DNA of 64,000 nt from Desulfovibrio sp. (GCF_035644575.1 NZ_DASQOG010000210.1:10363-74362); one strand, 5' to 3'. Positions 40,193-50,972 are shown, counted from the stretch's first letter. The notes: generated by a model not told the origin, from the sequence alone. Numbers and translations: made by a program.

Positions 40193-41128
40193 TCAGCCTT
40201 GCAGCATATCCATATGCAGCAGGGCTGGCTCTTCCACATGCCGCAGAATCTGCGGGCCATGCTCCCAGAGCCAGTTGCCGGATGCGCGGCTCAAATCCAC
40301 AGCGCGCAGATGCGCCGCCGCCATGCCGCAAAATTCTTCCACCGCCGCAACAATCTGCGCTCCGTGCTCCTGATTGGCCGGGGTCTGCGCCACAAGGCTC
40401 AACGCCCGCGCCAGTTGCGGGCCGAGCACGGGCAAGGTTGCGGCCAGCTTTCCCGCCCATTTGTAAAAGGGCATGTAACGGCGGTTGCACAAAAAGACGA
40501 AGGAAAGCGCCGCCTCGGCAAAGCGCGCCGTTGCCAGCATGGCCGCCACAGAATCATTACGCTTGAGGCTGCGGGGCAGATTGTATTGCCCGGCCTGAGC
40601 CATGATCATGCAGCGGGCCGCAATCTTTTTGAGCAGCACATCACGCGGATAACACGCCAGCAGGGCCTCGCGCCGCCGTGTAAATTCACCGCCCCGGTCT
40701 TCAAACACCTGACCGTTGGTGCAGGCTGCAAGCTGATGTTCGGGGATGGCAAGCCACTGCTGCCAGGTGGCGGGCACATCATCCAGCCCGGTAAAAAAGG
40801 CGTAAAAATCTTCGATGGGCAGCGGCCCCACCCTGCCCTGCCTGCGTTCAGGCGCAAGCCTGCTTGCAAAGCCCTGAAACTCGCGGGGCAAGCAGGCAAA
40901 GGCAGCCTCTATGCGCGGCAGTTCTGCTCGCAGAACCTGGCGCGGCAGCCAGAGGCAAAAGGCCGGGCCAAAATCGTGATCCTGGGATTCCGCATCGTCG
41001 CAGCCAAAGCATTCCGAGCCTTCCCCCACCAGACCAGCGGCGGCCACGTCCATAATGTCGGGAATCTCCGCCCGCAAGGCGGGAAGGCAGGCCGCATAAA
41101 ATTCACGCGCAAGGTTCAGACCCTTCAT
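40193..41128 (-). CDS. DUF4037 protein with a nucleotidyltransferase-like N-terminus
   Basis: AGLVGEGSECFGCDD..S.DHDFGP (GS-x11-DxD), GQYN..R and YMPFYKW motifs. Confidence 0.8.
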   Translation of the reverse strand: MKGLNLAREFYAACLPALRAEIPDIMDVAAAGLVGEGSECFGCDDAESQDHDFGPAFCLWLPRQVLRAELPRIEAAFACLPREFQGFASRLAPERRQGRVGPLPIEDFYAFFTGLDDVPATWQQWLAIPEHQLAACTNGQVFEDRGGEFTRRREALLACYPRDVLLKKIAARCMIMAQAGQYNLPRSLKRNDSVAAMLATARFAEAALSFVFLCNRRYMPFYKWAGKLAATLPVLGPQLARALSLVAQTPANQEHGAQIVAAVEEFCGMAAAHLRAVDLSRASGNWLWEHGPQILRHVEEPALLHMDMLQG

Positions 41129-41241
41129 GCATACTCCAGAATATTCAGTCGCGCTGCAATGGCGCAGATTGCAACAGCCACCACTGCGAAAACCTGCGGC
41201 AAACCATGCCGCCAGATGTATTGATCTGGCAGGCGCGGCCG

Positions 41242-42639
41242 CTAACCATGCTTGATGGCTTCAATTTCCTTAACTTTGCGAAAGATGGTGCTGCGGTCCA
41301 TCTGGAACTGACGCGAAAGCTCGCTGATGGAGCCATAGCGCTGCATGCCTTTTTCAATGACCGCAGTTTCCACTTCCTTCATGATGCTTTTGAGCGAGCG
41401 GCCTTCAATGGAGGGCAAGGCGTAATGCCCTTCGCCGGATTCGCACGGCGGCAAGGGGCGGATGCCCGCCAGATCGCGCACGCCCACAAGCCCGTGCTTG
41501 CACGTTACCACCAGCCCCTGCACGAGGTTTTCCAGTTCGCGCACATTGCCCGGCCATGTGTGGTTTTGCAGCACCTGCTTGGCCTCGTCAGAGAGGTTCA
41601 CGGCCTTGCGGTACTTCTTGCCGTAAAAAGTAAAAAAGCTCTGCGCCAGCGGCAAAATGTCCACACGGCGCGAGCGCAGGGGCGGGATGTTCAGCACCGC
41701 CACCTTGAGTCGGTAATAAAGGTCCGAGCGGAACGTGCCTTTGGCTACCTCGCGCTCCAGTTCCTTGTTGGTGGCGGCCACAACGCGCACATCCACCTTT
41801 TTGGGCACTGTGGCGCCCACGCGCAGCACTTCCCAGTCCTGCAGCACTCGCAGCAGGCGCGACTGCATGGTCATGGGCAGCTCGCCGATTTCATCAAGAA
41901 AGAGCGTGCCGCCCGAGGCCGCCTCCACAAGCCCGGCCTTGCCGTGCTTGCTTGCGCCGGAAAAACTGCCGGGAACATAGCCGAACAGTTCCGTTTCGAT
42001 CAGGTTTTCAGGGATGCTGCCGCAGTCCACCTTGATAAAAGGGGCATCGGCCCGCAGGCTGTTGCGGTGGATATGCCGGGCCACAACGTCCTTGCCCACG
42101 CCGGTTTCACCCAGCAGCAACACGGTTGCGTCCGTTTCCGCAATGGCGGAGGCTTCGGCGTACAGACGCTGCATGACAGGGCTTTGCACCACGCGCGGGT
42201 ACTGGTTGCCCGTGGCGCCTTCACTGCTGAGATTCTGAAAAGTTTCAAGCAGTTCGCGCTGCGCGGTGATTTCCTCGCGCAGTTCGGTCAGGGCCGTGAT
42301 GTCGCGGATAACCGTCACCACGTAGGCGACATTGCCCGAGGCGTCCTTTACAGGATGCCCGTCAAGCAGCAGGGTGCGCCCGTTGTAGAGATTCTGTACA
42401 CTTGAGACCTTTTGCCCTGTTTCCACAATGCGCGGATTAAGCACAACGTCAAAAATGCCGTTCTGCACCATGTCCTGAATGCGGCTCCCCATCATCTTTT
42501 CACGGGAAATACCGGTCAGTTCCGCATGGCGCTTGTTCACGAGCGTAACGATGCCCTCCCGGTCAGTAACGCAGATGGCGTCCCGGAAGGTATCGCAAAG
42601 TTGTTCTACATAGTCTGCTAGCATGTGGGGATTGTACAT
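41242..42639 (-). CDS. PAS-domain sigma-54 enhancer-binding transcriptional activator
   Basis: GETGVGKD, ETELFGY..GSFSGA (GAFTGA variant), LFLDEIG, WPGNVREL and a C-terminal HTH. Confidence 0.9.
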   Translation of the reverse strand: MYNPHMLADYVEQLCDTFRDAICVTDREGIVTLVNKRHAELTGISREKMMGSRIQDMVQNGIFDVVLNPRIVETGQKVSSVQNLYNGRTLLLDGHPVKDASGNVAYVVTVIRDITALTELREEITAQRELLETFQNLSSEGATGNQYPRVVQSPVMQRLYAEASAIAETDATVLLLGETGVGKDVVARHIHRNSLRADAPFIKVDCGSIPENLIETELFGYVPGSFSGASKHGKAGLVEAASGGTLFLDEIGELPMTMQSRLLRVLQDWEVLRVGATVPKKVDVRVVAATNKELEREVAKGTFRSDLYYRLKVAVLNIPPLRSRRVDILPLAQSFFTFYGKKYRKAVNLSDEAKQVLQNHTWPGNVRELENLVQGLVVTCKHGLVGVRDLAGIRPLPPCESGEGHYALPSIEGRSLKSIMKEVETAVIEKGMQRYGSISELSRQFQMDRSTIFRKVKEIEAIKHG

Positions 42640-42743
42640 GCATTATCTCCCAGGGCGCAAGTATGCTCCCACGCCCGGTTTAGGGGCATGGGAGCAAATG
42701 AAAGGCGCTGCCGTCCGGCAAAAGCCGACAGCGTGTTCCATTG

Positions 42744-44123
42744 TTAGAACCCTTCGGCGCTGGTGGCTTCTACCATTGCGGTCTTAGGGGTTTGGGTAAC
42801 AGTATTGCTGGCCTGGGCATTGCGGCGGGCGCGGGCCATGCGGCTGAGCCACAGGGTGGAAAGCGCGCTGAGCACGCCGATGCCGGCCAGATAACCGCAG
42901 AGGTACCAGGGCGCGCCGTCGGCCATGCCGGTGAGCATGGTGGCAACCATGGGGGTCATACCGGAGGCGAAGATGGCGGTGAACTGATAAACAAAGGAGA
43001 TGCCGGAGTAACGCACCGAGGCGTCGAAGCTTTCAGAAAACACGCTGGACATGGTGCCGAACACGGCGGCGTGCAGGATGCCGAAGGGCAGCGCCAAGGA
43101 GAGCACGACGAACAGGTAGTTGCCGGAGAAATTATGCAGCACCCAGAAGGCCGGGAAGCTGGAAATGCCAAGCAGCACAGCGCACACGCCGTAAATTTTG
43201 GCCTTGCCGTGCTTGTCGGCCATATGGCCCCAGAAGGGGATGAAGCAGGACATGACGAGGGAGGAAATCATCACGGCGGTCAGGGCTGCGGAGCGGCTAA
43301 TGCCGTGCTGCTGGGTAAGATAGGTGAGCGAATACACGCCAAAGACGTTGAAGGACACGCCGTCGATGAAGCGTGCGCCCATGCAGGCCAGCATCATCTT
43401 GGGATAACGCTTGAAGGCATCCAGCAGGGGATACTTGGCTTCAGGCATCTTCTCCTTGGCTTCAGAAAAGTCCTTGGTTTCCTGAACGGTGCTGCGCATG
43501 TAGCCGCCAACGGCAAGCAGCACGGCAGAAAGCAGGAAGGCCACGCGCCAGCCCCAGTTAAGGAAGGCTTCGTCAGAAAGGGTAACGGAGAAAAAGCCCA
43601 CGATGCCCGAGGCAAGCAGCAGGCCAAGCGACATGCCGATCTGCGGCAAGCTGGCGTAAAAGGCGCGCTTGTCTGCCGGTGCGGATTCGTAAGACATGAG
43701 CACCGCGCCGCCCCACTCGCCGCCAAGGCCAATGCCCTGGGCAAGACGGCAGACGATCAGCAGGATAGGCGCCCAGATGCCAATGGTGTGGTAGGTGGGG
43801 ATAAGGCCGATGCAGACCGTGGCGATACCCATGATTTCCAGGGTCAGGATGAGCATTTTTTTACGGCCAAGCTTGTCGCCGAAGTGACCAAAAATCACGC
43901 CGCCCAAAGGCCGCGCCACAAAGCCGACCGCAAATGTGGCAAAAGCAAGCATAGTGCCTATACGCGCGTCAAAATCGGGGAAGTACAGCTTGTTGAAGAA
44001 AAGCCCGGCCACAACGCCGTACAGGAAGAAGTCGTACCATTCGATGACGGCGCCGATGATGGACGAAGCCACAACGCGGCGCAGATTCTTCTTCTGGTCG
44101 TGAGTCATTTGTTCGCTATGCAT
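42744..44123 (-). CDS. MFS transporter (MHS/ShiA-like)
   Basis: GAVIEWYDFFLYG, GHFGDKLGRK and GGEWGGA motifs. Confidence 0.92.
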   Translation of the reverse strand: MHSEQMTHDQKKNLRRVVASSIIGAVIEWYDFFLYGVVAGLFFNKLYFPDFDARIGTMLAFATFAVGFVARPLGGVIFGHFGDKLGRKKMLILTLEIMGIATVCIGLIPTYHTIGIWAPILLIVCRLAQGIGLGGEWGGAVLMSYESAPADKRAFYASLPQIGMSLGLLLASGIVGFFSVTLSDEAFLNWGWRVAFLLSAVLLAVGGYMRSTVQETKDFSEAKEKMPEAKYPLLDAFKRYPKMMLACMGARFIDGVSFNVFGVYSLTYLTQQHGISRSAALTAVMISSLVMSCFIPFWGHMADKHGKAKIYGVCAVLLGISSFPAFWVLHNFSGNYLFVVLSLALPFGILHAAVFGTMSSVFSESFDASVRYSGISFVYQFTAIFASGMTPMVATMLTGMADGAPWYLCGYLAGIGVLSALSTLWLSRMARARRNAQASNTVTQTPKTAMVEATSAEGF

Positions 44124-44304
44124 GGTTTTCCTTTGATCCTTTTGCCTGGATGTTCATACTGGCCTTTGCGCCAAAGCGCTAGCGCCCGGGGGGAACATTC
44201 CCTGAGCCACTTCGTATATTCATTACCTGGACACGAAACCGATTCCGCTCCCGGTCAAAGCTCGCTGGGCAGATGCGCAGCCTCACGGCTTGCGCCTGCA
44301 GTCA

Positions 44305-45135
44305 TTAAAGATTGAGCAGTCGCGCCGCGTTGTTGTACATGACGTTTTCAAGCGTTTCCGGCGTAAAGGGGAGCCGCTTGTACAGCTCGATCTGCTCCTG
44401 AAAATCCATAAAGGGCGCGGCGCTGGCAAAGAGCACCTTGTCGCCGATGAGAGTATTGGCGGCCTTGATGTAACCCTCGGAGAAAGGCTGTTCCTCGTAT
44501 TCCGCAAGGTCGATGTACACGTTGCGGTTGCGGTGCACGGTCATGATGACCTCGCTCACCCAGGGGTAGCAGCCGTGGCTGATAACAATCTTGAGCTTGG
44601 GAAAATCGGCGGCGATGCGGTCGATATGCCGGGGGTGGGCATCGTCCATCACAGCGCCGTCCACCCGTGTGGCGGGGCCGGTTGTGATGACGATGGGCAC
44701 GTCAAGTTCGCAGCATTTGGCGTAGATGGGATAATACTTGGCATGGCTGGCAGGGATGCGCGCAAGGTACGGGTCAATGGCCGCGCCACGCATGCCTTTG
44801 TTCACCATGTTTGTAAGCTCGGCTGTGGCGTCCATGCCCTTGTGGGGATCAAGGCCAGCAAAACCGATGAACTTGTCCGGGTACTGGCGCATGAGCTCAA
44901 GAATGCCGGGATTGGCAGATCCAAGACCATAGGTGGTTTCAGCGTCACGCCCTGTCACAACCCCTTTGACCACGCCCTGCTTTTCCATGTCGGCAACGAT
45001 CTTTTCAATGGGCTCTGGCTTGGCCCGGTCAGCGTATTTGAAAAGTTCAAACATACCGCCGAACACTTTGTTGGAAAGCATTCCCTTAACGGCGTCAGGG
45101 GTGCTGGGGCGAAAACGGAAATCAATGATGTTCAT
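44305..45135 (-). CDS. Amidohydrolase family 2 protein
   Basis: IIDFRFRP, Y.IYAKC.ELDVPI, FPKLKIVISHG.YPW and VLFAS motifs. Start placed at ATG 45135. Confidence 0.8.
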   Translation of the reverse strand: MNIIDFRFRPSTPDAVKGMLSNKVFGGMFELFKYADRAKPEPIEKIVADMEKQGVVKGVVTGRDAETTYGLGSANPGILELMRQYPDKFIGFAGLDPHKGMDATAELTNMVNKGMRGAAIDPYLARIPASHAKYYPIYAKCCELDVPIVITTGPATRVDGAVMDDAHPRHIDRIAADFPKLKIVISHGCYPWVSEVIMTVHRNRNVYIDLAEYEEQPFSEGYIKAANTLIGDKVLFASAAPFMDFQEQIELYKRLPFTPETLENVMYNNAARLLNL

Positions 45136-45187
45136 GAAACATTCCTTTAGGAATAAAAATTGTGCCTCGCGGCTATGCATCCCTAAA

Positions 45188-45203
45188 GGCAAGAAGCGTG
45201 CCT
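45188..45203 (-). promoter_or_regulatory. Sigma-54 -24/-12 promoter of the amidohydrolase-MFS operon
   Basis: Minus strand AGGCACGCTTCTTGCC (GG-N10-GC). Confidence 0.6.
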
Positions 45204-45484
45204 ATTGTGAAATTGAGTGCAAAAACAGGGGAGCTAATAGTGTTAACAATTGATATTATTAAAAAATATGTATAATATCAATGTTTTATAAAAAATACTG
45301 CGGGAAAATATATTTCTGACAACCTGTGCCTGTTGACTGCTCTCACAAATAGAGCTGCACACTGCCCTCACCTTGATTGCAAATGGCAAAAAGAGACGTA
45401 AATAATTTTATAACACACTTAAATAATTATATATTTTAATCAGGAATAGGAATTGTTTATCAAAGCCTCTCACGCATATCCACT

Positions 45485-45502
45485 TGTTGCAAAATTGCAA
45501 CA
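45485..45502. promoter_or_regulatory. Palindromic candidate enhancer (UAS)
   Basis: TGTTGCAAAATTGCAACA; a near-identical motif occurs at 49531. Confidence 0.55.
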
Positions 45503-45695
45503 AGCCAAAAAACAATATTTTATCATTACAAATAAGCATGTTATCTAAAGATTAAATCGCCAACCTGTGCAAAAAAACACACACGCAATAGCTGGCTGTG
45601 CATTTTTACACAACCACAAATATTCACCTAAAAACAGAGCGCCAGAGCCTTGCAGCCCTGGCGCGTGATTCCATAAAAACACAATAAATTCAGCA

Positions 45696-46592
45696 CTAAG
45701 AAGCAATCTTTCTCAAGCGCTCCATCTTTTCTTCATCAAGCTTTGCGCCTTCCAGTTCATACTGGCGGCCAAGGTAGCCATACTTGGGTTGCCCCATGCG
45801 GTGGTAGCCCAACAGCTCGTACTGGATATTGGGCCGCCGGGGGATCGACTCGCGGATAGCAAGGATATCGTCCTCTGTGTCATTGAATCCGGGTACCACC
45901 GGGGTGCGCGCAAGTATGGGCAATTGGGGAAAATCCTCGCAGACTCGTGCAAAATTGCGCAAAATCAGCATATTATCCACGCCCGTATGTTTTTTGTGCT
46001 GCACAGGATCAAGGCTCTTTATATCAAAAATCAGCTTGTTCAGGTGCTTGCAAGCCTCATGCAGATGCTCGTAGGGATAGCAGCCGCAGGTTTCGATGGT
46101 GGTATTGATGTGGTGCTTGCGGGCCTCGCGCAGCAGGGCATTGGCAAATTCGTGCTGCATGAGGGCTTCGCCGCCAGAGAGGGTCATGCCGCCGCCGGAG
46201 CGGTGATAAAACACGCCGTCTTCTTCAACTTTATCAAGTACCTGCCGCACAGACATGGTCTCGCCGTATACGCTCTGCGCGCCTGAGGGGCAGGCCTGAA
46301 CACAGGCAAAACATTCGCTGCACTTGCTGCGGTCGTGCACGATCAGGCCATCCACAAGGCTGAGCGCGCCAGATGTACAGGAGTTGAGGCAACGCCCGCA
46401 AACCTGGGCAGTAAGACAGCGCGAGGGATTGAAGGCATGCTCGGGATGAAGATTCTGCGATTCGGGGTTGCTGCACCAGCGGCAACGCAGAGGGCAACCC
46501 TTGAGGAAAACCAGGGTGCGGATACCTTCGCCATCGTGCACGCTGAACTTCTGTATATTAAAAACAACACCTTGTGCTTGTGCGTCAGTCAT
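45696..46592 (-). CDS. Glycyl-radical enzyme activating enzyme (HpsH/IslB-like)
   Basis: LKGCPLRCRWCSNPE, ferredoxin-like auxiliary Cys clusters and SGGE motif. Confidence 0.92.
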   Translation of the reverse strand: MTDAQAQGVVFNIQKFSVHDGEGIRTLVFLKGCPLRCRWCSNPESQNLHPEHAFNPSRCLTAQVCGRCLNSCTSGALSLVDGLIVHDRSKCSECFACVQACPSGAQSVYGETMSVRQVLDKVEEDGVFYHRSGGGMTLSGGEALMQHEFANALLREARKHHINTTIETCGCYPYEHLHEACKHLNKLIFDIKSLDPVQHKKHTGVDNMLILRNFARVCEDFPQLPILARTPVVPGFNDTEDDILAIRESIPRRPNIQYELLGYHRMGQPKYGYLGRQYELEGAKLDEEKMERLRKIAS

Positions 46593-46893
46593 GGGGTCAT
46601 CCTTGGTGTGCGGCCAGCCCTGGCGCGCCGTTGGAGGAAATTCAAAGGGGGAAGGGATTGCTCCCCTCCCCCCGGAGCGTTGGCACGGTCAACGCGGTCA
46701 GAAATCAGGAACAGATGGCGGGCTTGCGCTCTGTTAAACGGCTGATTTCCGCGCTGAAAATTTGCGGGAGGGGGCTGCCCCCTCCCCAGACGGTCTGTTC
46801 TTTTAAGGGTTTTGGAGAGTATCGTTGCGAGGGGCCCTTGGTATCCGGCAAGAAACTTGACGCAGTCCGGCAAAAGCCCCTCGCGACGATATG

Positions 46894-49368
46894 TTAGAAC
46901 TGGGCGTGTTCGGTACGGTCGATGATGTCGTTCTGCAAGTCGCGGGAAAGATCGCAGAAGTACGCGCTGTACCCTGCAATACGCACCAGCAGGCTGCGGT
47001 AGTTGTCGGGTTCTTTCTGGGCGTTGAGCAGGGTCTGCCTGTTCACGATGTTGAACTGCAGGTGCCACAGCTTGAGGTCGCACCATGTGCGGATAAGGTT
47101 CACGATCTTCTCGGTGCCTTCATCGCCGGAAACGCACTTGGGCGACAGCTTGATGTTCAGCAGGCGGGAAGCGCGGTTGGTCATGCCGTAGTTCTTGGAA
47201 TGGTAGTTGGAAAGCAGCACTGCGGTGGGGCCATTCTTGTCCGCGCCGTGCGAAGCGGAAGAACCGTCGGAAAGCGCAGTCCAGGCATGGCGGCCATTGG
47301 GCGTGGCGGAAACCACCTTGCCAAAGGGCACATGCGAGGTGATGGGCACGTAGCGCACGTCCACATGCACGCCGCGATCGCGGGAGCTCTTTTCGGCTTC
47401 CACCTGGGTCACGCGGTCAACGTCCTTGGCAATGCTGTCCACGTAGGGATCATTGTTGCCGTAGCAGGGGGCGTTGCGCAGCATTTCGCGCACGGGTTCG
47501 GCGCCCTTGAAGTCGGCCTTGCAGGCTTCCACCACTTCTTTCATGCTCAGGCGCTTTTCTTCAAACACCAGCTTTTTGATGGCGGCAAGGGAGTCCACCA
47601 CAGTGCCGTAGCCCAGGAATTCAAAGTAGGAGTAATCCACACCGCCGGGGATCTTTTCGCAGTGCAGATCCATGAGGTTTTCCATGCACAGGTTGTGCAA
47701 CACGGAAGAAAGCGGCGCGGCAAAGTGCTGCGGGCGCAGCTTGTCCACCACATGCTGCTGCTGGAAGGCCTTGCGCAGCAGGTTGAGGTGCTGGGCCTTG
47801 TATGCTTCGTAAAAGTCTTCCCAGCTCTTGAAGGAAGTCGCTTCGCCCGTTTCAAGGCCCACAACTTCATCGCCGTAGTGCTGCATGCGGCCATTGTACA
47901 TGGTCATTTCAAGGGCGGTGGCAAAGTTCACGTACACGCAACCGGAGGTATAGGTATCGCGGTTGGGCATGCGGGTTTCGGTGCAGCCGGAAACGGCGTA
48001 GTCCAGAGCTTCGTTGACCGGGCAGCCCTTGATGGTGTTGAGGAACACCACTTCTTCATCGTTGATGAGCTTGGGGAAGCCGGAGCCGTCCTTGATGGTC
48101 AGGGCCACTTCGCGCAGGAAGCGTTCGGGCGAACGGGAGTGGATGCGCGCGGCAAGGTCGGGGTAGTTGAGCGGGAATTCGCGCTTGGATTCAAGGAACA
48201 GGTAGGTCAGGTCATTGGTGGCGTCTTCGCCATCGGGGGTCTGGCCGCCGATGGTCACGGCTTCCCAGTGAGCGTAACCTTCCTGGAACTCAACGCCCGT
48301 GGGGTTGATGTACAGGTCGATGAACTGGGCCATGTCCACCCACATGCATTCGAGCAGTTCCTTGGCTTCTTCGCGGGTGATGATGCCTTCTTCAATATCT
48401 TTTTTGTACAGGGGGTACAGATACTGGTCCATGCGGCCATTGGAGATGATGGCGCTGGCCTTCTGTTCAATGCGCGAGAACATCTGCACAAACCACTGGC
48501 ACTGCATGGCTTCGCGGAAGCTGCGGGCAGGATGTGCAGGCACGTGATCGCAGGTTTCGGCGATCTGGAGCAGCTCGGCCTTGCGCTTGGGGTCGCCTTC
48601 CTTGGCGGCAAGTTCGCGGGCCAGATCGGCGTGGCGCTTGGCCCAGATCATGATGGAGTCGCACACGAGGATCATGGCTTCGAGGAAGGGCTTCTTGTCC
48701 CACAGATCAACCGAGTTGCTCAGATCAAGGGTGGCAAGCTTTTCGCGGGCTTCTTTCTGAATATCAAGGAAGCCGCGCTTGATGACCTTTTCGTAGTCCG
48801 GCACCCACTGAAGGGCCGAACGGTAGGACGAGGTTTCGCTCACCACGAACTTGGACTTGAGGCCGCGTTCGTCCACATAGGTGACGTTGCGGATTTCGGC
48901 GGGCAGAGTCTTGTTGAGGTGTTCATGGTAGGTCTTGCCTTCCCAGTAGGGGGCGATCTCTTCCATAACAACCTTGATGTCTTCCTGCGAGATCTGGAAG
49001 GGGCTCTTGTCGCGGTGCTCCAGGTCGGCCAGCACTTCGCGGTAAAAGTCGCCGTCGATTTCAGGATACAGAATGCCGTAACGGCCAAACTTGCCCACGC
49101 GGCCAGCAATAAGCTGGTTGGGGGTAATGTAGACGGTGATTTTTTCGGCCACGTTTTTCAGGGCCTTGGCCCAGCGCAGGGTCAGCAGTTCACCTTCGGT
49201 TTCGCGCATGGATTCGGTGAAATACTTGGCGCGCTCAACGTCCACATGGGGAAGGCTGAACTGGTTCTGTTCCAGAATGCCGTAAACGCGCTCGCGGCCT
49301 TTACGGTCAACGCTTTTATTGACAACGCGTTCTTCCTGGGGGGACATGCAGCAACCGCACTGACTCAT
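46894..49368 (-). CDS. hpsG: Glycyl radical C-S lyase, HpsG (DHPS sulfolyase)/IslA clade
   Basis: [25 protein letters not shown] (Cys-Glu), RYVPITSH and RIAGY. Recalled IslA has SSIQW and YVPFTSH, so this gene looks more like HpsG. The symbol is tentative. Confidence 0.65.
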   Translation of the reverse strand: MSQCGCCMSPQEERVVNKSVDRKGRERVYGILEQNQFSLPHVDVERAKYFTESMRETEGELLTLRWAKALKNVAEKITVYITPNQLIAGRVGKFGRYGILYPEIDGDFYREVLADLEHRDKSPFQISQEDIKVVMEEIAPYWEGKTYHEHLNKTLPAEIRNVTYVDERGLKSKFVVSETSSYRSALQWVPDYEKVIKRGFLDIQKEAREKLATLDLSNSVDLWDKKPFLEAMILVCDSIMIWAKRHADLARELAAKEGDPKRKAELLQIAETCDHVPAHPARSFREAMQCQWFVQMFSRIEQKASAIISNGRMDQYLYPLYKKDIEEGIITREEAKELLECMWVDMAQFIDLYINPTGVEFQEGYAHWEAVTIGGQTPDGEDATNDLTYLFLESKREFPLNYPDLAARIHSRSPERFLREVALTIKDGSGFPKLINDEEVVFLNTIKGCPVNEALDYAVSGCTETRMPNRDTYTSGCVYVNFATALEMTMYNGRMQHYGDEVVGLETGEATSFKSWEDFYEAYKAQHLNLLRKAFQQQHVVDKLRPQHFAAPLSSVLHNLCMENLMDLHCEKIPGGVDYSYFEFLGYGTVVDSLAAIKKLVFEEKRLSMKEVVEACKADFKGAEPVREMLRNAPCYGNNDPYVDSIAKDVDRVTQVEAEKSSRDRGVHVDVRYVPITSHVPFGKVVSATPNGRHAWTALSDGSSASHGADKNGPTAVLLSNYHSKNYGMTNRASRLLNIKLSPKCVSGDEGTEKIVNLIRTWCDLKLWHLQFNIVNRQTLLNAQKEPDNYRSLLVRIAGYSAYFCDLSRDLQNDIIDRTEHAQF

Positions 49369-49438
49369 GATGAAACTCCTGAATGGTGATTATGTTCAAG
49401 CGAGATGCTTGTGATATTCATCTCAATGACCATCTATG

Positions 49439-49454
49439 AGCATCATCCGTGCCA
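49439..49454 (-). promoter_or_regulatory. Sigma-54 promoter of the first GRE
   Basis: Minus strand TGGCACGGATGATGCT. Confidence 0.75.
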
Positions 49455-49530
49455 TTATATTTAACATCATGTAATATTTATATTTTTTAAAAATTTCCAA
49501 AAAGTTTCTGAAGCAGCCACGCATTCTTAT

Positions 49531-49620
49531 TGTTGTAAATTTGCAACATATTTTTCATAACATACTTAATTTAAAGCATAATTTAAAAAAGTGTTTTTTT
49601 GCAACAGTGCAAAAAAACAC
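49531..49620. promoter_or_regulatory. Candidate enhancer sites upstream of the first GRE
   Basis: TGTTGTAAATTTGCAACA at 49531-49548, plus a perfect 13-bp inverted repeat GTGTTTTTTTGCA-N4-TGCAAAAAAACAC at 49591-49620. Confidence 0.55.
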
Positions 49621-49798
49621 TTTTTCACAAGCAGGCAGTTCAAAAGCCCCCGCAGCATCAGGATTACGCCATTCTCAACGCCCGGATGCACCACCGTTTC
49701 CCGACAAGCAGACGGTCAGGCTTCCTGGTTACGAAAATGCCTGACCGTCCTGCAAGCAAACAGCGTGCGCACCTGCGCGGCGTGCCAATCTCCTGCTT

Positions 49799-50938
49799 TT
49801 ACAGCATTTCGATAAATGCCTCGATGCGAACCTTGAGCTGTTCCGTATCCGTTTCAGAATAATCTGTTTCAATTTGCAGGAAGGGCAACTGCAAGGACTC
49901 CTGCACAAACTTTTTGAGGGAGGACGATTCCACCGCATAGGTCTGGCAGCCCTGCCAGGTCAGATCAACCACCGCATCCACCGCAAAATCTGCCGCCAGT
50001 TCACCGATGGCCTCGTAACGGCGCGGATTGGGCGACATGACGGCACAGGGAACATCCAGATAACGGCGGGCCATTTCGGTCAGCGGGTCGCCCTGCTCGT
50101 CCATCATTACGCGGGTTTTCTTGTAACCGGAGCAGTTATCAAGGCAAACCACGCTGCCGCCGCATTCTTCGATCAGACGCACAACCTTGTGCGACCCCAT
50201 GCCCACAGGAACGCCCGTAAGCAGTATGCGCGGCGCGGTTGCGGCAACGCCTGTCTGGCCCGCATCGGCCATTTTACCAAGCTCGTCCGCCAGCTCCCGC
50301 ATCATGGAGATGCCTTTTTCCTTGTCGGGGAAGAAGGACGTTTTGAACCCGATTTCAAGCAGTTCCATACCCGTAATGGGCGAGGGCTTGCGCTTTGCAA
50401 GATCCATAACGGCCTTGAGGGCCAGGCGTTCGCGGTTCATGAGCTTGATGGCGTCGCGCAACTTCTGCTCGGTGATGGATACGTCAAATTCTTTTTCCAG
50501 ATAGGCGATGAGCAGTTCAAACTGGTGCCGCCAGTAGGCAAGGGCATCATCATTCTGCACCTGGGGCAGTTGCAACAGAAAAACGGGCTTATAAGCTGCA
50601 AGTAGCTCGTACATTTTCTTTTTGCCATCACAGGTGGTGTCGGCCACCACCACATCAGCGGCGCTCAGGTAAGGGCAGCTGTCTTTAAGCGCAAAGCCGA
50701 AACTGCTCTTGATAAGCGGACAAAGGGCGCGGGGCAGCATTTCTTCTGCTGCGGGGATGGAATCATTGCGGGTGCCGCACAAAGAAACCGGGATGGCCCC
50801 TGCGGCAACCGCTATTTCAGAGGGGCTGTACAGGCAGTACTGCCCCACAACCTTTTTACCTTCCCTCTTGGCCTCCTGCACTGCCAGAGCGTTTTTTTCA
50901 AAAGCGGTAATAATGCTGTCAAAGCTGGCACACTTCAT
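49799..50938 (-). CDS. Double-cubane cluster protein / 2-hydroxyacyl-CoA dehydratase-family reductase
   Basis: QYCLYSP, SLCG, LCPLIKSS, CPY, TTCDGKKK, CLDNCSG, VPCAVM and WQGCQTY Cys pattern. Confidence 0.8.
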   Translation of the reverse strand: MKCASFDSIITAFEKNALAVQEAKREGKKVVGQYCLYSPSEIAVAAGAIPVSLCGTRNDSIPAAEEMLPRALCPLIKSSFGFALKDSCPYLSAADVVVADTTCDGKKKMYELLAAYKPVFLLQLPQVQNDDALAYWRHQFELLIAYLEKEFDVSITEQKLRDAIKLMNRERLALKAVMDLAKRKPSPITGMELLEIGFKTSFFPDKEKGISMMRELADELGKMADAGQTGVAATAPRILLTGVPVGMGSHKVVRLIEECGGSVVCLDNCSGYKKTRVMMDEQGDPLTEMARRYLDVPCAVMSPNPRRYEAIGELAADFAVDAVVDLTWQGCQTYAVESSSLKKFVQESLQLPFLQIETDYSETDTEQLKVRIEAFIEML

Positions 50939-50972
50939 GATGCTTTCCTTCCTTGCGAGGTTATTGAGGTTA

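Noticed and set aside
46891-49389. 832-aa plus-strand ORF exactly antisense to the first GRE (likewise 21845-23143, 42741-44315, 56160-57446)
   Set aside because: No recognisable motifs. These are shadow ORFs expected when biased GC-rich genes avoid TTA/CTA/TCA codons in frame.
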